Shown here piece by piece: positions 26,480-37,849 of a stretch of DNA of 64,000 bases. The notes below the pieces were generated by a model. That model had not been told where the DNA came from and ran no database searches. It saw only the letters and a list, made by a program, of their open reading frames with translations. The stretch lies in assembly GCA_950097015.1 (NCBI GenBank), contig CATNEN010000033.1, positions 4,898,001-4,962,000 on the forward strand, written 5' to 3'. Each line of letters starts with the position of its first letter. Position 1 is the stretch's first letter. The stretch is from Macrostomum hystrix (Eukaryota > Animalia > Platyhelminthes). The position numbers and the translations under genes are program-made.

Positions 26480-26860
26480 TTCTACCTGTTAAACAGTGAC
26501 AGTTTTACCTGTTAAACAGTGACAGTTTTACCTGTTAAACAGTGACAGTTTTACCTGTTAAACAGTGACAGTTTTACCTGTTAAACAGTGACAGTTTTAC
26601 CTGTTAAACAGTGACAGTTTTACCTGTTAAACAGTGACAGTTTTACCTGTTAAACAGTGACAGTTTTACCTGTTAAACAGTGACAGTTTTACCTGTTAAA
26701 CAGTGACAGTTTTACCTGTTAAACAGTGACAGTTTTACCTGTTAAACAGTGACAGTTTTACCTGTTAAACAGTGACAGTTTTACCTGTTAAACAGTGACA
26801 GTTTTACCTGTTAAACAGTGACAGTTTTACCTGTTAAACAGTGACAGTTTTACCGATTAA
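26480..26860. repeat. 23-bp minisatellite (ACCTGTTAAACAGTGACAGTTTT), ~16 copies
   Basis: Perfect core with degenerate copies to ~27040. Confidence 0.94.
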
Positions 26861-27092
26861 ACACAGACAGTTTTACCTGTTAAACAATTACATATTTACG
26901 AGTTAAAACAGTAACATTTTTACCTGTTAAACAGTGACAGTTTTACCTGTTAAAAATTGTATGTTGTACCTTATCAACGGGAGAGTTTTACCTGTTAAAA
27001 AAATTAATGTTTTACCTGTTAATCACCTGTTTACCTGTAATTCACTTGATAACGAATGTGGTAACAAGTTAGTGGTAACCATTGAGTCGGAG

Positions 27093-27328
27093 AGCCATTA
27101 TATTTGCAGAGCCATTATATTTGCAGAGCCATTATATTTGCAGAGCCATTATATTTGCAGAGCCATTATATTTGCAGAGCCATTATATTTGCAGAGCCAT
27201 TATATTTGCAGAGCCATTATATTTGCAGAGCCATTATATTTGCAGAGCCATTATATTTGCAGAGCCATTATATTTGCAGAGCCATTATATTTGCAGAGCC
27301 ATTATATTTGCAGAGCCATTATATTTGC
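27093..27328. repeat. 17-bp minisatellite (AGAGCCATTATATTTGC), ~14 copies
   Basis: Tandem array directly 5' of the LINE; it artificially extends the LINE ORF. Confidence 0.95.
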
Positions 27329-27343
27329 ACATCTGTGCAAATA

Positions 27344-30300
27344 GTGTCGACACCTCCTGGCATCGTGGTCAGCCTATCAGGCCGCGGATGACCTCGGTTG
27401 GCTCGGACGGCCGCGCCTCGGCTGCGGCAGCCAAGATCGGCACATCAGGGACGAGCAGAGGACAGCGCAGCGCACGACGTCGCACTGAGCGGCGACGTGA
27501 GCGCAACCGGCGTGGGCGACTTCGCGGTGCTTCAAGACGCCAGTTGCCCCCGGTCTCTGCCGCTTCTGAATCGGATCCGCCGGGTGGCGCCGGGGACCGT
27601 GAGGCCCAACGTCATCGGGCCCTAGCCGTACCAGGTGGTCGCCTCAGGCTCGGCACGCTGAACTGCCGGACCCTGAAGGCCCCCTGGCGTCGCACTCTGC
27701 TCGTCCAGCTGGCCCACGACCTACAGCTGGACCTCATAATGTTGCAGGAGGTCTCTATTGTGGCGGAGCCAGGCCTTCAAAATGAGGACCTTGGAGCCGG
27801 ATGGAGCCTCTTGTACACGTCGGCAGACGGCCGCGGGCGTGGCGGCGTCGGCGTGCTGATCGGACCGCGCCTTCGGCAGAGCGTGCACTGCGCCCCACTC
27901 TCCCCGCGTCTGCTGCGGGTTGACCTGCGCCTGCGCGCTCGCTGCATTCGGCTCTTCTGCGCGTACGCCCCTACGGCTGCCCACCCGGATGAAGCTCTCG
28001 CCTTTTTCGAGTTTCTGGCCGGACAGCTGGAAGAGATGCCAAACCGCGACACGCTGGTGGTGCTCGGAGACCTAAACGCAGTTCCACGTAGGTCCGAACG
28101 ATCGCCTTTCGTTACGGGACGCGAGAACGCCAACACGGATGCGCTGGAGGACCTACTAGAACGGCTGGACCTGATGTCAATTAACACCCGTTTCCGCAAG
28201 CCACCGGCCCGCCTGGTCACCTTCGCGGGCTGCAAGAGGAGACGACGGAACGCGCGAGGACGGAATGCCACGAGGCGGCTGGCGCAACTCGATCATGTGC
28301 TGGTCCGCGCTCGCGAGCACCGCCGCGTCATCAACTGCGACACCATGGCTCCGCTGGCTCTCCGGTCTGACCACCGACTCCTGCTCTGCGACCTGCGGCT
28401 CAGCGACCCGCTCTACCGACCCCCGAAGCAGCGGCCACGGCGCTACTATCGTGCCTTGTTGGACCCCCGCGTAAAGTACCAATTCGCGGGCGCCTTCGCT
28501 GGCGCGCTTGGAAACCAGCGCGAAGCGGAGTACGCCGACATCAGCACTGCCGTGAGAACTGCAGCTGAGAAGACGGTCCCGCTGATGCGACCGGCGGAGC
28601 GGACGCAGCCAGTCTGGCAGAGCGATCCAACGATCAGGCAGGCGCGGCTAAAGATCGAGCGACTCCGAAGATCCCGACGGCCCACTGGTGACGCCGAGGA
28701 GGCGCTCGCGCGTCTTCTGGACACGCGGCAGCAGGCCGCAGTCGACGACGCCATCCAGTCCATCACAGCAGCTGGCCCCGACGTTAGGAGCCGCGCAGTG
28801 TGGACGGCCGTTCGGACCCTTACGGGGCGCAAGAGGCGTGTGGCGCTAAATCTGGCCGGCGACACTCCGGAGGAGCGCAGGAATGAATTGCGCGACTTCT
28901 TCGCCGGCATTGTGAATGCGCCCTCGCCCCCGCTGCCAGCCAATTTCGCACTGCCGACGGACACGGCCCTGCCAGCTGAGGAGGATTTTCGCACCAGCCC
29001 AGTCACTGTGGAGGATGTTGTACGGTTCGCTCGGAGAACATCTGGCGGCAAGGCGCTCGGCCCCGACGAGGTTCCGGTCGAGGCGCTGCGGCTCCGCTGT
29101 GTGGCTTCCCAAGTCACAAGCGCCATGAACCGCGTGCTCGCCGGCGCCCCTGCGCCCACCGAGTGGACCGTAGCACACATCGTGCCGATCCCGAAGAAAG
29201 CCGGGACAACGCGGAAAGAAGATCACCGCGGGATCTCGCTTATGTCCTGCACCGCAAAGCTTTTCAACCGACTGCTTCTCGATCGCCTGCAGTCGGTGCT
29301 GGACCCGTACCTCCGTTACGAGCAGAACGGGTTCCGGCCACAGCGCGGTACAGTAACCCAGATCCTCGCACTCCGCCGTGTCATCGAGGAGGCGCGCATC
29401 CGCCAGTCAACGCTGATCGTCGTGTTTGTCGACTTCCGCAAGGCGTTTGACTCGGTGTCGAGGGCCGCGCTTCCACTAGTCCTTCGTGCCTACCGGGTCC
29501 CAGAGCAGCTAGTCGCCGCTGTCATGTCGCTGTATCGCGACACGCGCGCTGCTGTTGTTTCGGCGGACGGCCTGTCCGACCTGTTTGCCACCTCGTCAGG
29601 AGTGCTGCAGGGCGACACGCTGGCCCCGTTCCTCTTCGTGCTTCTCCTGGACTGGGTGCTTCGGACTGCGCTCCCCTCGGCTGAAGACGGCTTCCTGCTA
29701 CGCAGACGCATCGGTCGCCGCCACGATGAGAAGCGCCTCAGTGTGCTTGGCTACGCCGACGACCTCGCCCTCCTGTCCTCGACTGTCGAAGGTGCCCAGC
29801 GCCAGATCGACAGGTTGGCTGAGGTGGCATCAAGCGTCGGCCTAGTGATCAACACGCTTAAGACCGAGGTGCTGACCGTGCCGGCCGACATCCCAGCGGA
29901 CCTGACGTGCCGCGGCGCAGACGGGCAGATCATCTCGCTCGCACGCTGCCAGCGCTTCACTTACCTCGGCGGTCTGGTGCCCAACGTGGAAGACGACATC
30001 CGGCGGCGCAGAGGACTCGCATGGGCGGCCTACCGTTCGATCCGGGCCGTCCTCCAGTCCACAGCGCTGCCTGACCGCCAGAGGGCTCGGCTGTGGCAGG
30101 CGGTGATCGAGACCGTCCTGCTGTACAACGCCGAGTCGTGGACGCTGACGGCTACGCTGGAGCGGCAGCTGGACTCGGCGCACTCGGGGCTGCTCCGTGC
30201 GGCCTTTCAAGCTGACGAGAGCGTCGGGACGGAGGCTCTGTACGAGAGAGCTCAGCTGCAACGCCCGTCCACCATCCTGCGCCAGCGACGACTTCGACTA

Positions 30301-30555
30301 GCGGGCCACGTCATTCGGGCCGAAAGCTACTGCCGCCAGCCCGCCCAGGACGTCCTTCTGCTCACCCTGCAGGGCCCGTTCAGGCGCGGCCAGGCTCGGA
30401 CCCGCCGCTACGTCGACTGCCTGCTGAGCGACGCCAGGGCGCCCGACACTGCCTCCGGCGCGGACCATGTTCGCGCGCTGGCTCTGCGGCGCATCATTTG
30501 ACGCCGCCCCCCTGACGCTTGGGGCTTGCGTATTTTGTTGTTGTTGTTGTTGTTA
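27344..30555 (+). mobile_element. Non-LTR retrotransposon, RTE-like, apparently full length
   Basis: Single APE-RT ORF, very short UTRs, 3' stem-loop GCCCC-N10-GGGGC (30506-30525) and (TTG)6 tail. No convincing TSD found; 5' end is approximate. Confidence 0.88.
27388..30501 (+). CDS. APE endonuclease + reverse transcriptase, 1037 aa, uninterrupted
   Basis: APE motifs LGTLNCRTL, MLQEV, LGDLNA, LDHVL, SDHRL. RT motifs DFRKAFDSV, GVLQGDTLAPFLF, YADD, FTYLG, LLYNAESWTL. No RNase H or zinc knuckle seen. Confidence 0.95.
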   Translation: MTSVGSDGRASAAAAKIGTSGTSRGQRSARRRTERRRERNRRGRLRGASRRQLPPVSAASESDPPGGAGDREAQRHRALAVPGGRLRLGTLNCRTLKAPWRRTLLVQLAHDLQLDLIMLQEVSIVAEPGLQNEDLGAGWSLLYTSADGRGRGGVGVLIGPRLRQSVHCAPLSPRLLRVDLRLRARCIRLFCAYAPTAAHPDEALAFFEFLAGQLEEMPNRDTLVVLGDLNAVPRRSERSPFVTGRENANTDALEDLLERLDLMSINTRFRKPPARLVTFAGCKRRRRNARGRNATRRLAQLDHVLVRAREHRRVINCDTMAPLALRSDHRLLLCDLRLSDPLYRPPKQRPRRYYRALLDPRVKYQFAGAFAGALGNQREAEYADISTAVRTAAEKTVPLMRPAERTQPVWQSDPTIRQARLKIERLRRSRRPTGDAEEALARLLDTRQQAAVDDAIQSITAAGPDVRSRAVWTAVRTLTGRKRRVALNLAGDTPEERRNELRDFFAGIVNAPSPPLPANFALPTDTALPAEEDFRTSPVTVEDVVRFARRTSGGKALGPDEVPVEALRLRCVASQVTSAMNRVLAGAPAPTEWTVAHIVPIPKKAGTTRKEDHRGISLMSCTAKLFNRLLLDRLQSVLDPYLRYEQNGFRPQRGTVTQILALRRVIEEARIRQSTLIVVFVDFRKAFDSVSRAALPLVLRAYRVPEQLVAAVMSLYRDTRAAVVSADGLSDLFATSSGVLQGDTLAPFLFVLLLDWVLRTALPSAEDGFLLRRRIGRRHDEKRLSVLGYADDLALLSSTVEGAQRQIDRLAEVASSVGLVINTLKTEVLTVPADIPADLTCRGADGQIISLARCQRFTYLGGLVPNVEDDIRRRRGLAWAAYRSIRAVLQSTALPDRQRARLWQAVIETVLLYNAESWTLTATLERQLDSAHSGLLRAAFQADESVGTEALYERAQLQRPSTILRQRRLRLAGHVIRAESYCRQPAQDVLLLTLQGPFRRGQARTRRYVDCLLSDARAPDTASGADHVRALALRRII

Positions 30556-31269
30556 TTGAGAATGATAGACACATGTCAAACAAATGATTACTTTCACCTG
30601 TTACAGAAAAACTACATTCTATCGCCTGACTGTCAACTGTCACACCGGTAAAACAAAATAGATTGTTTATCATTTTGCTGAATTAGGGAATGGCTTTTTC
30701 GAAGACATTGTGACTGCTATGTCGACTTTCATCCTCTCAAATAAAAATCCAGCTCAGCGAGCTACGAGCTAATTGCGTGGAAACTAATCTGCGAGCGGAG
30801 AAAAAGAGGCCCAGTTCTAAGACTACGTTTTATCCACCAATAGTCACAATATGGTTTTATGCTTTGCGCAAATCCCATCTCTCAATCTGTACCACTTTGG
30901 ACCGCAAGCCATTTTGGATAAAATTAAAAACAGCAGCAGGCGCAGGTTGTAAAATGTTTTTTTTTCTGTCGTAAACTCGACAGGTGGAGATCCAGATGCC
31001 CAATTAAACATAGCTCGTAGAAGCTAAAGTTACAATAAAAGCATCGAAATAAATTAAAATAGCTAATTTCAGGTACGGAATAAAGCTGGTGTGTTTTGCC
31101 AGATTTTGCAAGTTTCATAGCAAAATGCGCATATAGGTAAAATGTGCTTGTATCGCACGACGGGAACGATTTCCAGAAAAAAAATTACCGCACCGATTTG
31201 AATGTTTTTATTATAAGCTTTCGATCTAGCGCTCTGTCTATGAGACTATGAGACCATGAGACTATGATC

Positions 31270-32010
31270 TAATGAGTGGGTCTAATGAGTTGGTGAGTTT
31301 GGGATCTAATGAGTTATTGAGTTTGGGATCTAATGAGTGGGTGAGTTTGGGATCTAATGAGTTATTGAGTTTGGGATCTAATGAGTGGGTGAGTTTGGGA
31401 TCTAATGAGTTATTGAGTTTGGGATCTAATGAGTTATTGAGTTTAGGATCTAATGAGTTATTGAGTTTGGGATCTAATGAGTTATTGAGTTTGGGATCTA
31501 ATGAGTGGGTGAGTTTGGGATCTAATGAGTTATTGAGTTTGGGATCTAATGAGTTATTGAGTTTAGGATCTAATGAGTTATTGAGTTTGGGATCTAATGA
31601 GTTATTGAGTTTGGGATCTAATGAGTGGGTGAGTTTGGGATCTAATGAGTGGGTGAGTTTGGGATCTAATGAGTTATTGAGTTTGGGATCTAATGAGTTA
31701 TTGAGTTTGGGATCTAATGAGTTATTGAGTTTGGGATCTAATGAGTTATTGAGTTTGGGATCTAATGAGTTATTGAGTTTGGGATCTAATGAGTTATTGA
31801 GTTTGGGATCTAATGAGTTATTGAGTTTTGGATCTAATGAGTGGGTGAGTTTGGGATCTAATGAGTTATTGAGTTTGGGATCTAATGAGTTATTGAGTTT
31901 GGGATCTAATGAGTGGGTGAGTTTGGGATCTAATGAGTTATTGAGTTTGGGATCTAATGAGTGGGTGAGTTTGGGATCTTATGAGTGGGTCAGTTTGGGA
32001 TCTAATGAGT
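31270..32010. repeat. 24-bp minisatellite (GGGATCTAATGAGTTATTGAGTTT, with GAGTGGGT variant), ~31 copies
   Basis: Two-variant tandem array. Confidence 0.95.
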
Positions 32011-33645
32011 AGGCCCGTTTGGGATCCTAACCTATTGTGAAAACACTTACAATCTGTTCACGGCATGGGCAAGGCCCTACTATTTGACTTTGATCCGAGC
32101 TTCCCAATCAGAGAATAGACTCATTGAAAATCGGAGAAGCGAGTCAAAGCTCAATTCTAAAAGAGACCCAATTGCACCGAATCGGACAGGCAATTTTCTG
32201 ACAGGTCGGCAAACTGAGCCCAAATTGAACTGAAGGAAGGGAATCTATACAAGAGCGAACCCCCAAGACCCATTGGCCATGACTGCTTGTGTTTGTTGAC
32301 TGTTGTGTTTACCCAACTTTGGGTGGGTTGCATTGCGTTTGCCTAGCGCGGTGCGTCCCGTTTTGTTCATTCTCTGATTTGGTTGGTGTTGCGTTGGTGG
32401 TCTTTTCTGGATTTGAACTCAGCCTGGCCCAGTCCCCCATACAGACCTTAGATCAAATAATTCAAAAGTGGAACAGCTTACATTATATACACAGGCGATG
32501 GGGGGTTGCCGGTGGGACTCGTCGGTCTCAACTCAGCCCTCAACTGTCAACTCACAAACTCTTCAATTTTGAGATCTATGCGATATGGGCTGGGTCGGCT
32601 GCAAGTGAAAGCGCGGGACTTTGGTAAACGTAGAGACCTCCTTCCTCCCCTACTGTTCAATTCGGTCTTTTGAGCAAAAATTGTACGCCATGCTAATTTA
32701 GACTTAAAGCGCTGCTTGGGCTCGTTTTTTAAAGCTTGCAAAACAAGAACGTTGGCTGACACTCTGTCTCTGACAACTCAGGACAGGAGGAATCCGCAGT
32801 TATTAAGTGCTGCTAGCTGGAAAGGAGGAAGGCCCGCTTATCGGGGTGGAGGCGGTTATTATTTGAGGGCGAATGTTTAACTAACTTAACTAACGCACAC
32901 TCTAAACTTAAACCCCACCCCTGCCCACCTTCCTTAACGCGCGTTTTGGGCCCCACCCCCGGCCCTCTCTCCAGCCTAAATTGTAGGCTTTGGGGTGGTG
33001 GGGCGGGGGTTGGAATTTCGAGAAGGCCAGGCGGGGCCTCTATGGCGGCGGGGGTGGGTGTCCAGAGTTATTGGCTGAAAGTCTAGCGCGCCCTCAAATG
33101 GGGGGCGATCGTGAGGCCTTGGGGTGGCTTGGGCCCTTTCCTTTCCGTTTTTTAATTCAAATAAGGAGAAGGCCGCGCCCGGCCGAAAGTCAATTCCTTT
33201 CATTCGTTTTAAAACCGATCTTCATTAAAGTGAAGACTGTCTAATCCGCTGTTCGCGCCGAGTGAGTCAAGGCCTATTATCTTAATTTTTAGTCTGTTTA
33301 ACATTTCAATCGTCTGCATTTTTAAAAGGAAAATACAAGATTGGAAGGCCTCAGAGCTAAAAAGCAAAAATATAAGGCATCGCTTTATTTGGCCCCTTGT
33401 GCTTCTATTAAGCTTACTATTCTATTCTGGACATACAGAAGCAGGAGAAGGAGAATTTAAACGTCTGCATTGGACTAAACACACAAAAGACAACAGTTGA
33501 TCAACTTGGGCTGCTTGGCCCGTGAACGCTGAAGAAGCTGCACGGCGTGCGAACCTGAAACTGAATACTTTTTCTGGCTAATGCAAGACGGCAACTTTTT
33601 GGTATCTTACAAGTCAAGTGAACTGTAGCTTCAGCTAAATTCGCT

Positions 33646-34248
33646 ATGTACCACCAGCAGCAACAGCACTATCGCATCGAGCAGACCTGGGACGCTGCCT
33701 CGTCCTCAAAGTACAGCTACCCGGCTGAAAGCACCCGTCTCGATAGCACAATCGGTGTTGGCGGCCTCGGCAGCAGCAGCAGCAGCCGCGGTCGTGCCCC
33801 AGGAGGAGGTCGCGGTCGCAGTCGCGGAGCAAGCGAAGCTCCGACTCCGTTTAAGTCGCTGGAACTTCACGGACAGAATCGCCTAGGCCCAATGGAAACG
33901 GTGGACGATTTTATCACCAATGAGAGCGGCAACAGCCTGTTGCTGTGCGTGTTCTCCATCCTGCTGGTATTCCCCGGCTCAGCCTGCCTGCTGGTCATTG
34001 GGGGCGCTTTTACCCTGGACCAGAGACTGCAGCAGCGGCACCAGTGGGTGCGGCCCTGCGCCATCGCAATGCTGGCACTGGGCATAATTCTGCTCGTAAC
34101 AGCTGGCTTCATCTTTGCCAGCATCTGCCGGTCCTATTGGCGCGCCAGGAGGCGGCGTGTGCAGTGCTCGATGCCTGCAGGAGCTGCGAGGTCAACCTGC
34201 GGCGCTGCCGGTGGCGGATCGCCATACACCTGCATTGTGCAACTGTGA
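33646..34248 (+). CDS. Intronless protein of unknown function with two predicted TM helices (200 aa)
   Basis: GC-rich ORF in an AT-rich context. Hydrophobic segments LLLCVFSILLVFPGSACLLVIGGAF and CAIAMLALGIILLVTAGFIFASIC are followed by basic WRARRRR. Confidence 0.75.
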   Translation: MYHQQQQHYRIEQTWDAASSSKYSYPAESTRLDSTIGVGGLGSSSSSRGRAPGGGRGRSRGASEAPTPFKSLELHGQNRLGPMETVDDFITNESGNSLLLCVFSILLVFPGSACLLVIGGAFTLDQRLQQRHQWVRPCAIAMLALGIILLVTAGFIFASICRSYWRARRRRVQCSMPAGAARSTCGAAGGGSPYTCIVQL

Positions 34249-35504
34249 CGTCAGTCTGTTCCGCTGGCTTTTCATTTTAAATGGTTTTTGTCTGTGGATT
34301 ATTTGGGCGCTATTTAACTCAAATTATAAACTACATTTCTAAGAAATCTACGAAATTCGAATTGGCGCCAAATCGTTGAAAGTTCACAGCCTATCTTGAT
34401 TGAATGATTTATAGAGTAAGTGAAACTATTAATTGCTTTCATAAAACATATTTAGTGCATTCATACTCAGAAATCAGTCTAAAAAGAAGAGTAAAAGTTC
34501 ATGTCCTGATCATCGAACGTGAATGCGACGAGGCCTAATGAAAAATCAGCAGTACATTAATGGATTAGGTCATAGTAAATATCAAAGCTACGACCAAAAC
34601 TTCTGACATTAGGGATAATGACCTAAACGGAGAGGGTTATGATCTAGAAAACCTGAAGGCAGAGGGTGAGCTTTGACCGAAAATATCTAACAGGAGAAGG
34701 TAGGACCCAAAAGGACCTGGAGGTAGATGGCTAACAATAAAAATGCACCCGAGGGAGACGTTAATGACAACAGAAAACCTGAGTGGATATGGTTATGACT
34801 TATGTGAATGACCAAAGGAACAGGTTAAGGACGAATTCAAAGTGGTTTGTTTCGTATAGCTAGATGAGTATCGGAGCTTTACCGTTTTATTTAAAATCGT
34901 TTTGTTTTTAATTTCAGCTTTCTGCACCGGACTTCAGTTTTGACTGAACCTGTACACGAGAGCTAACTTTTTGTTTATTAAATTCAGCTTATAGAAGTCA
35001 GTCACGGACTGGTTCCAATTATTTTGTATTCCCATTCGATGAAATTATTCAGACAATAGCTTGGGTTTAATTTGATTCACTTCTGGTGCATTGGACCATT
35101 CATTTTTGTAAAATTATGAAATATGAGTAATCTTCACCATACTACTTGTAGCGCTTACTTAGTACTATAATGAGAATCGTTATCGTTATTTTTAACTCGA
35201 CCCATCGCCGAAATAATGGGATTTTTCTTACCCTGCAGTTTCATTCTTGAAGATAATGAAGGCATCTTGCCCGAGCGCATTTCTAATTCTATTTTCAAAT
35301 TTTCATTGACATCTTTGCACAAAACGCCAGTATCAATATGAGCAATGTGTACATATGTACAATGTATACTATGTGTACAATGTGTCTGCTTTTTTGCTGC
35401 AATATCGTGTCAGAAAGAACATTTTGCTCACTTTTTTTAATATATGTTGTACTCCTGTCTTCAAAGTTAACTACCATTTAGTTATTAAATTGTTAAGTAT
35501 TTGC

Positions 35505-37110
35505 GACTGATGCACTGATTGATAGCATGGGTTTGAGACTGATGCACTGATGGATTGCATGGGATTTGAGACTGATGCACTGATGGATTGCATGGGATTT
35601 GAGGCTATGCACTGATGGATTGCATGGGATTTGAGACTATGCACTGATGGATTGCATGGGGTTTGAGGATGATGCACTGATTGATAGCATGGGATTTGAG
35701 ACTGATACACTGATTGATAGCATGGGATTTGAGACTGATGCACTGATTGATAGCATGGGATTTGAGACAATGTACCACTTATTGATTGCATGGGATTTGA
35801 GGCTGATGCATTGCTTGATAGCATGGGATTTGAGACTGATACACTGATTGATAGCATGGGATTTGAGGCTGATACACTGATTGATAGCATGGGATTTGAG
35901 GCTGATACACTGATTGATAGCATGGGATTTGAGGCTGATACACTGATTGATAGCATGGGATTTGAGGCTAATGCATTGATTGATAGCATGGGATTTGAGG
36001 CTGATGCACTGATTGATAGCATGGGATTTGAGGCTGATGCATTGATGGATTGCATGGGATTTGAGGCTATGCACTAATTGATTGCATGGGATTTGAGAAT
36101 GATGCACTGATGGATAGCATGGGATTTGAGGCTGATACACTGATTGATAGCATGGGATTTGAGACAATGTACCACTGATTGATTGCATGGGATTTGAGGC
36201 TGATGCATTTAGCATGGGATTTGAGGCTGATACACTGATTGAAAGCATGGGATTTGAGGCTGATACACTGATTGATAGCATGGGATTTGAGGCTGATACA
36301 CTGATTGATAGCATGGGATTTGAGGCTGATACACTGATTGATAGCATGGGATTTGAGGCTGATACACTGATTGATAGCATGGGATTTGAGACTGATGCAC
36401 TGATTGATAGCATGGGATTTGAGGCTGATACACTGATTGATAGCATGGGATTTGAGGCTGATACACTGATTGATAGCATGGGATTTGAGGCTGATGCATT
36501 GATTGATAGCATGGGATTTGAGGCTGATGCATTGATGGATTGCATGGGATTTGAGGCTAATGCATTGATTGATTGCATGGGATTTGAGGCTGATACACTG
36601 ATTGATAGCATGGGATTTGAGGCTGATACACTGATTGATAGCATGGGATTTGAGACTGATGCACTGATTGATAGCATGGGATTTGAGGCTGATACACTGA
36701 TTGATAGCATGGGATTTGAGGCTGATACACTGATTGATAGCATGGGATTTGAGGCTGATGCACTGATTGATAGCATGGGGTTTGAGACTGATGCACTGAT
36801 GGATAGCAGGGGATTTGAGACTGATGCACTAATTGATAGCATGGGATTTCAGGCTGATGCACTGATTGATAGCATGGGATTTGAGACTGATACACTGATT
36901 GATAGCATGGGATTTGAGACTGATGCACTGATGGATAGCATGGGATTTGAGGCTGATGCACTGATGGATAGCATGGGATTTGAGGCTGATGCACTGATGG
37001 ATAGCATGGGATTTGAGACTGATGCACTGATGGATAGCATGGGATTTGAGGCTGATGCACTGATTGATAGCAGGGGATTTGAGACTATGTACCACTGATT
37101 GATTGCATGG
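35505..37110. repeat. 33-bp minisatellite (GCACTGATTGATAGCATGGGATTTGAGGCTGAT), ~48 copies
   Basis: Tandem array; explains all ORFs between 35471 and 37098. Confidence 0.95.
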
Positions 37111-37849
37111 GGTTTAAGGTGAATTGATGAAGTTTTGGGAGTTCAAAATACCAAAAACACCTGTTCGTCCTGAGGTCTAAGTGAATCGTGCCTATGAGAT
37201 TTGGACCCCTAGACTGAAGCTGAAAGCTGTAGCAAAGGCACTCAGTCAATTAATTACCGACTGTAAAAGTACTCTCAAGCTTTCCTATACTGATTGTTTG
37301 CGTGACAACCGTTCGGAAGTGCAACCCAAACAAGCTGTACACTGTACTCCGATCTTAGATACTAATATAAGTAGTAGACCTGCCGTGGAATATCCGCATG
37401 TATACACAGCTAAATTATTAATACTCGGACCAAGCTGAGCAGGAGTTTCTCTAGTCTGGTCAGTTTTTGGAGGCTGTCTTGACACGGCGGGCCTAAGGAG
37501 ACAGAAAACAGATCAATGAAACAAAGAGAATTACGTGCTCAGAGTCCCATTTGAGCACGTCCATTATATTGCCACCCACGTGGATGCCTCGCTTGCAGGT
37601 CCACCGCTGCTCAATTGACAGGTTGCGTGTGTGCTCTGCCCAATCAGGAAAAGTCCCCACAGCTGCTTCAATAGAGCGGCATCTGCTCACAGAGACAGCT
37701 ATTATAGCACAGCCAGGTAGGAGAAGGTAGCGAGAAGACAAACACGCCGGAAAGGGATCCCCACGCAGTGCTATTCCCATCTCCCTTTTTATAGGATTGG
37801 GATTTTTGTCTCTCTCATCTACGGAGGGTGGCGACGACAAAGTGAAAAA

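Noticed and set aside
27082-27387. N-terminal 102 aa of the 1139-aa LINE ORF
   Set aside because: Mostly read-through of the 17-bp array from a non-ATG start; the first ATG is 27388.
27344-27450. HDV-like ribozyme at the LINE 5' end
   Set aside because: Some RTE elements carry one, but I could not build the nested double pseudoknot by eye; an RNArobo/Infernal search would be needed.
32290-33250. Short ORFs and G-run-rich segment
   Set aside because: No homology I can recognise and no consistent splice chain; at most G-quadruplex-prone DNA.
34228-34248. CaaX prenylation motif in the 2-TM protein
   Set aside because: The Cys is at position -5 (CIVQL), not -4.
35471-37098. ORFs up to 401 aa
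   Set aside because: Products of the 33-bp array.
37640-37800. GGAAAAGTCCCC resembling RNase MRP/P conserved region I
   Set aside because: The complementary CR-V element needed for helix P4 was not found downstream.
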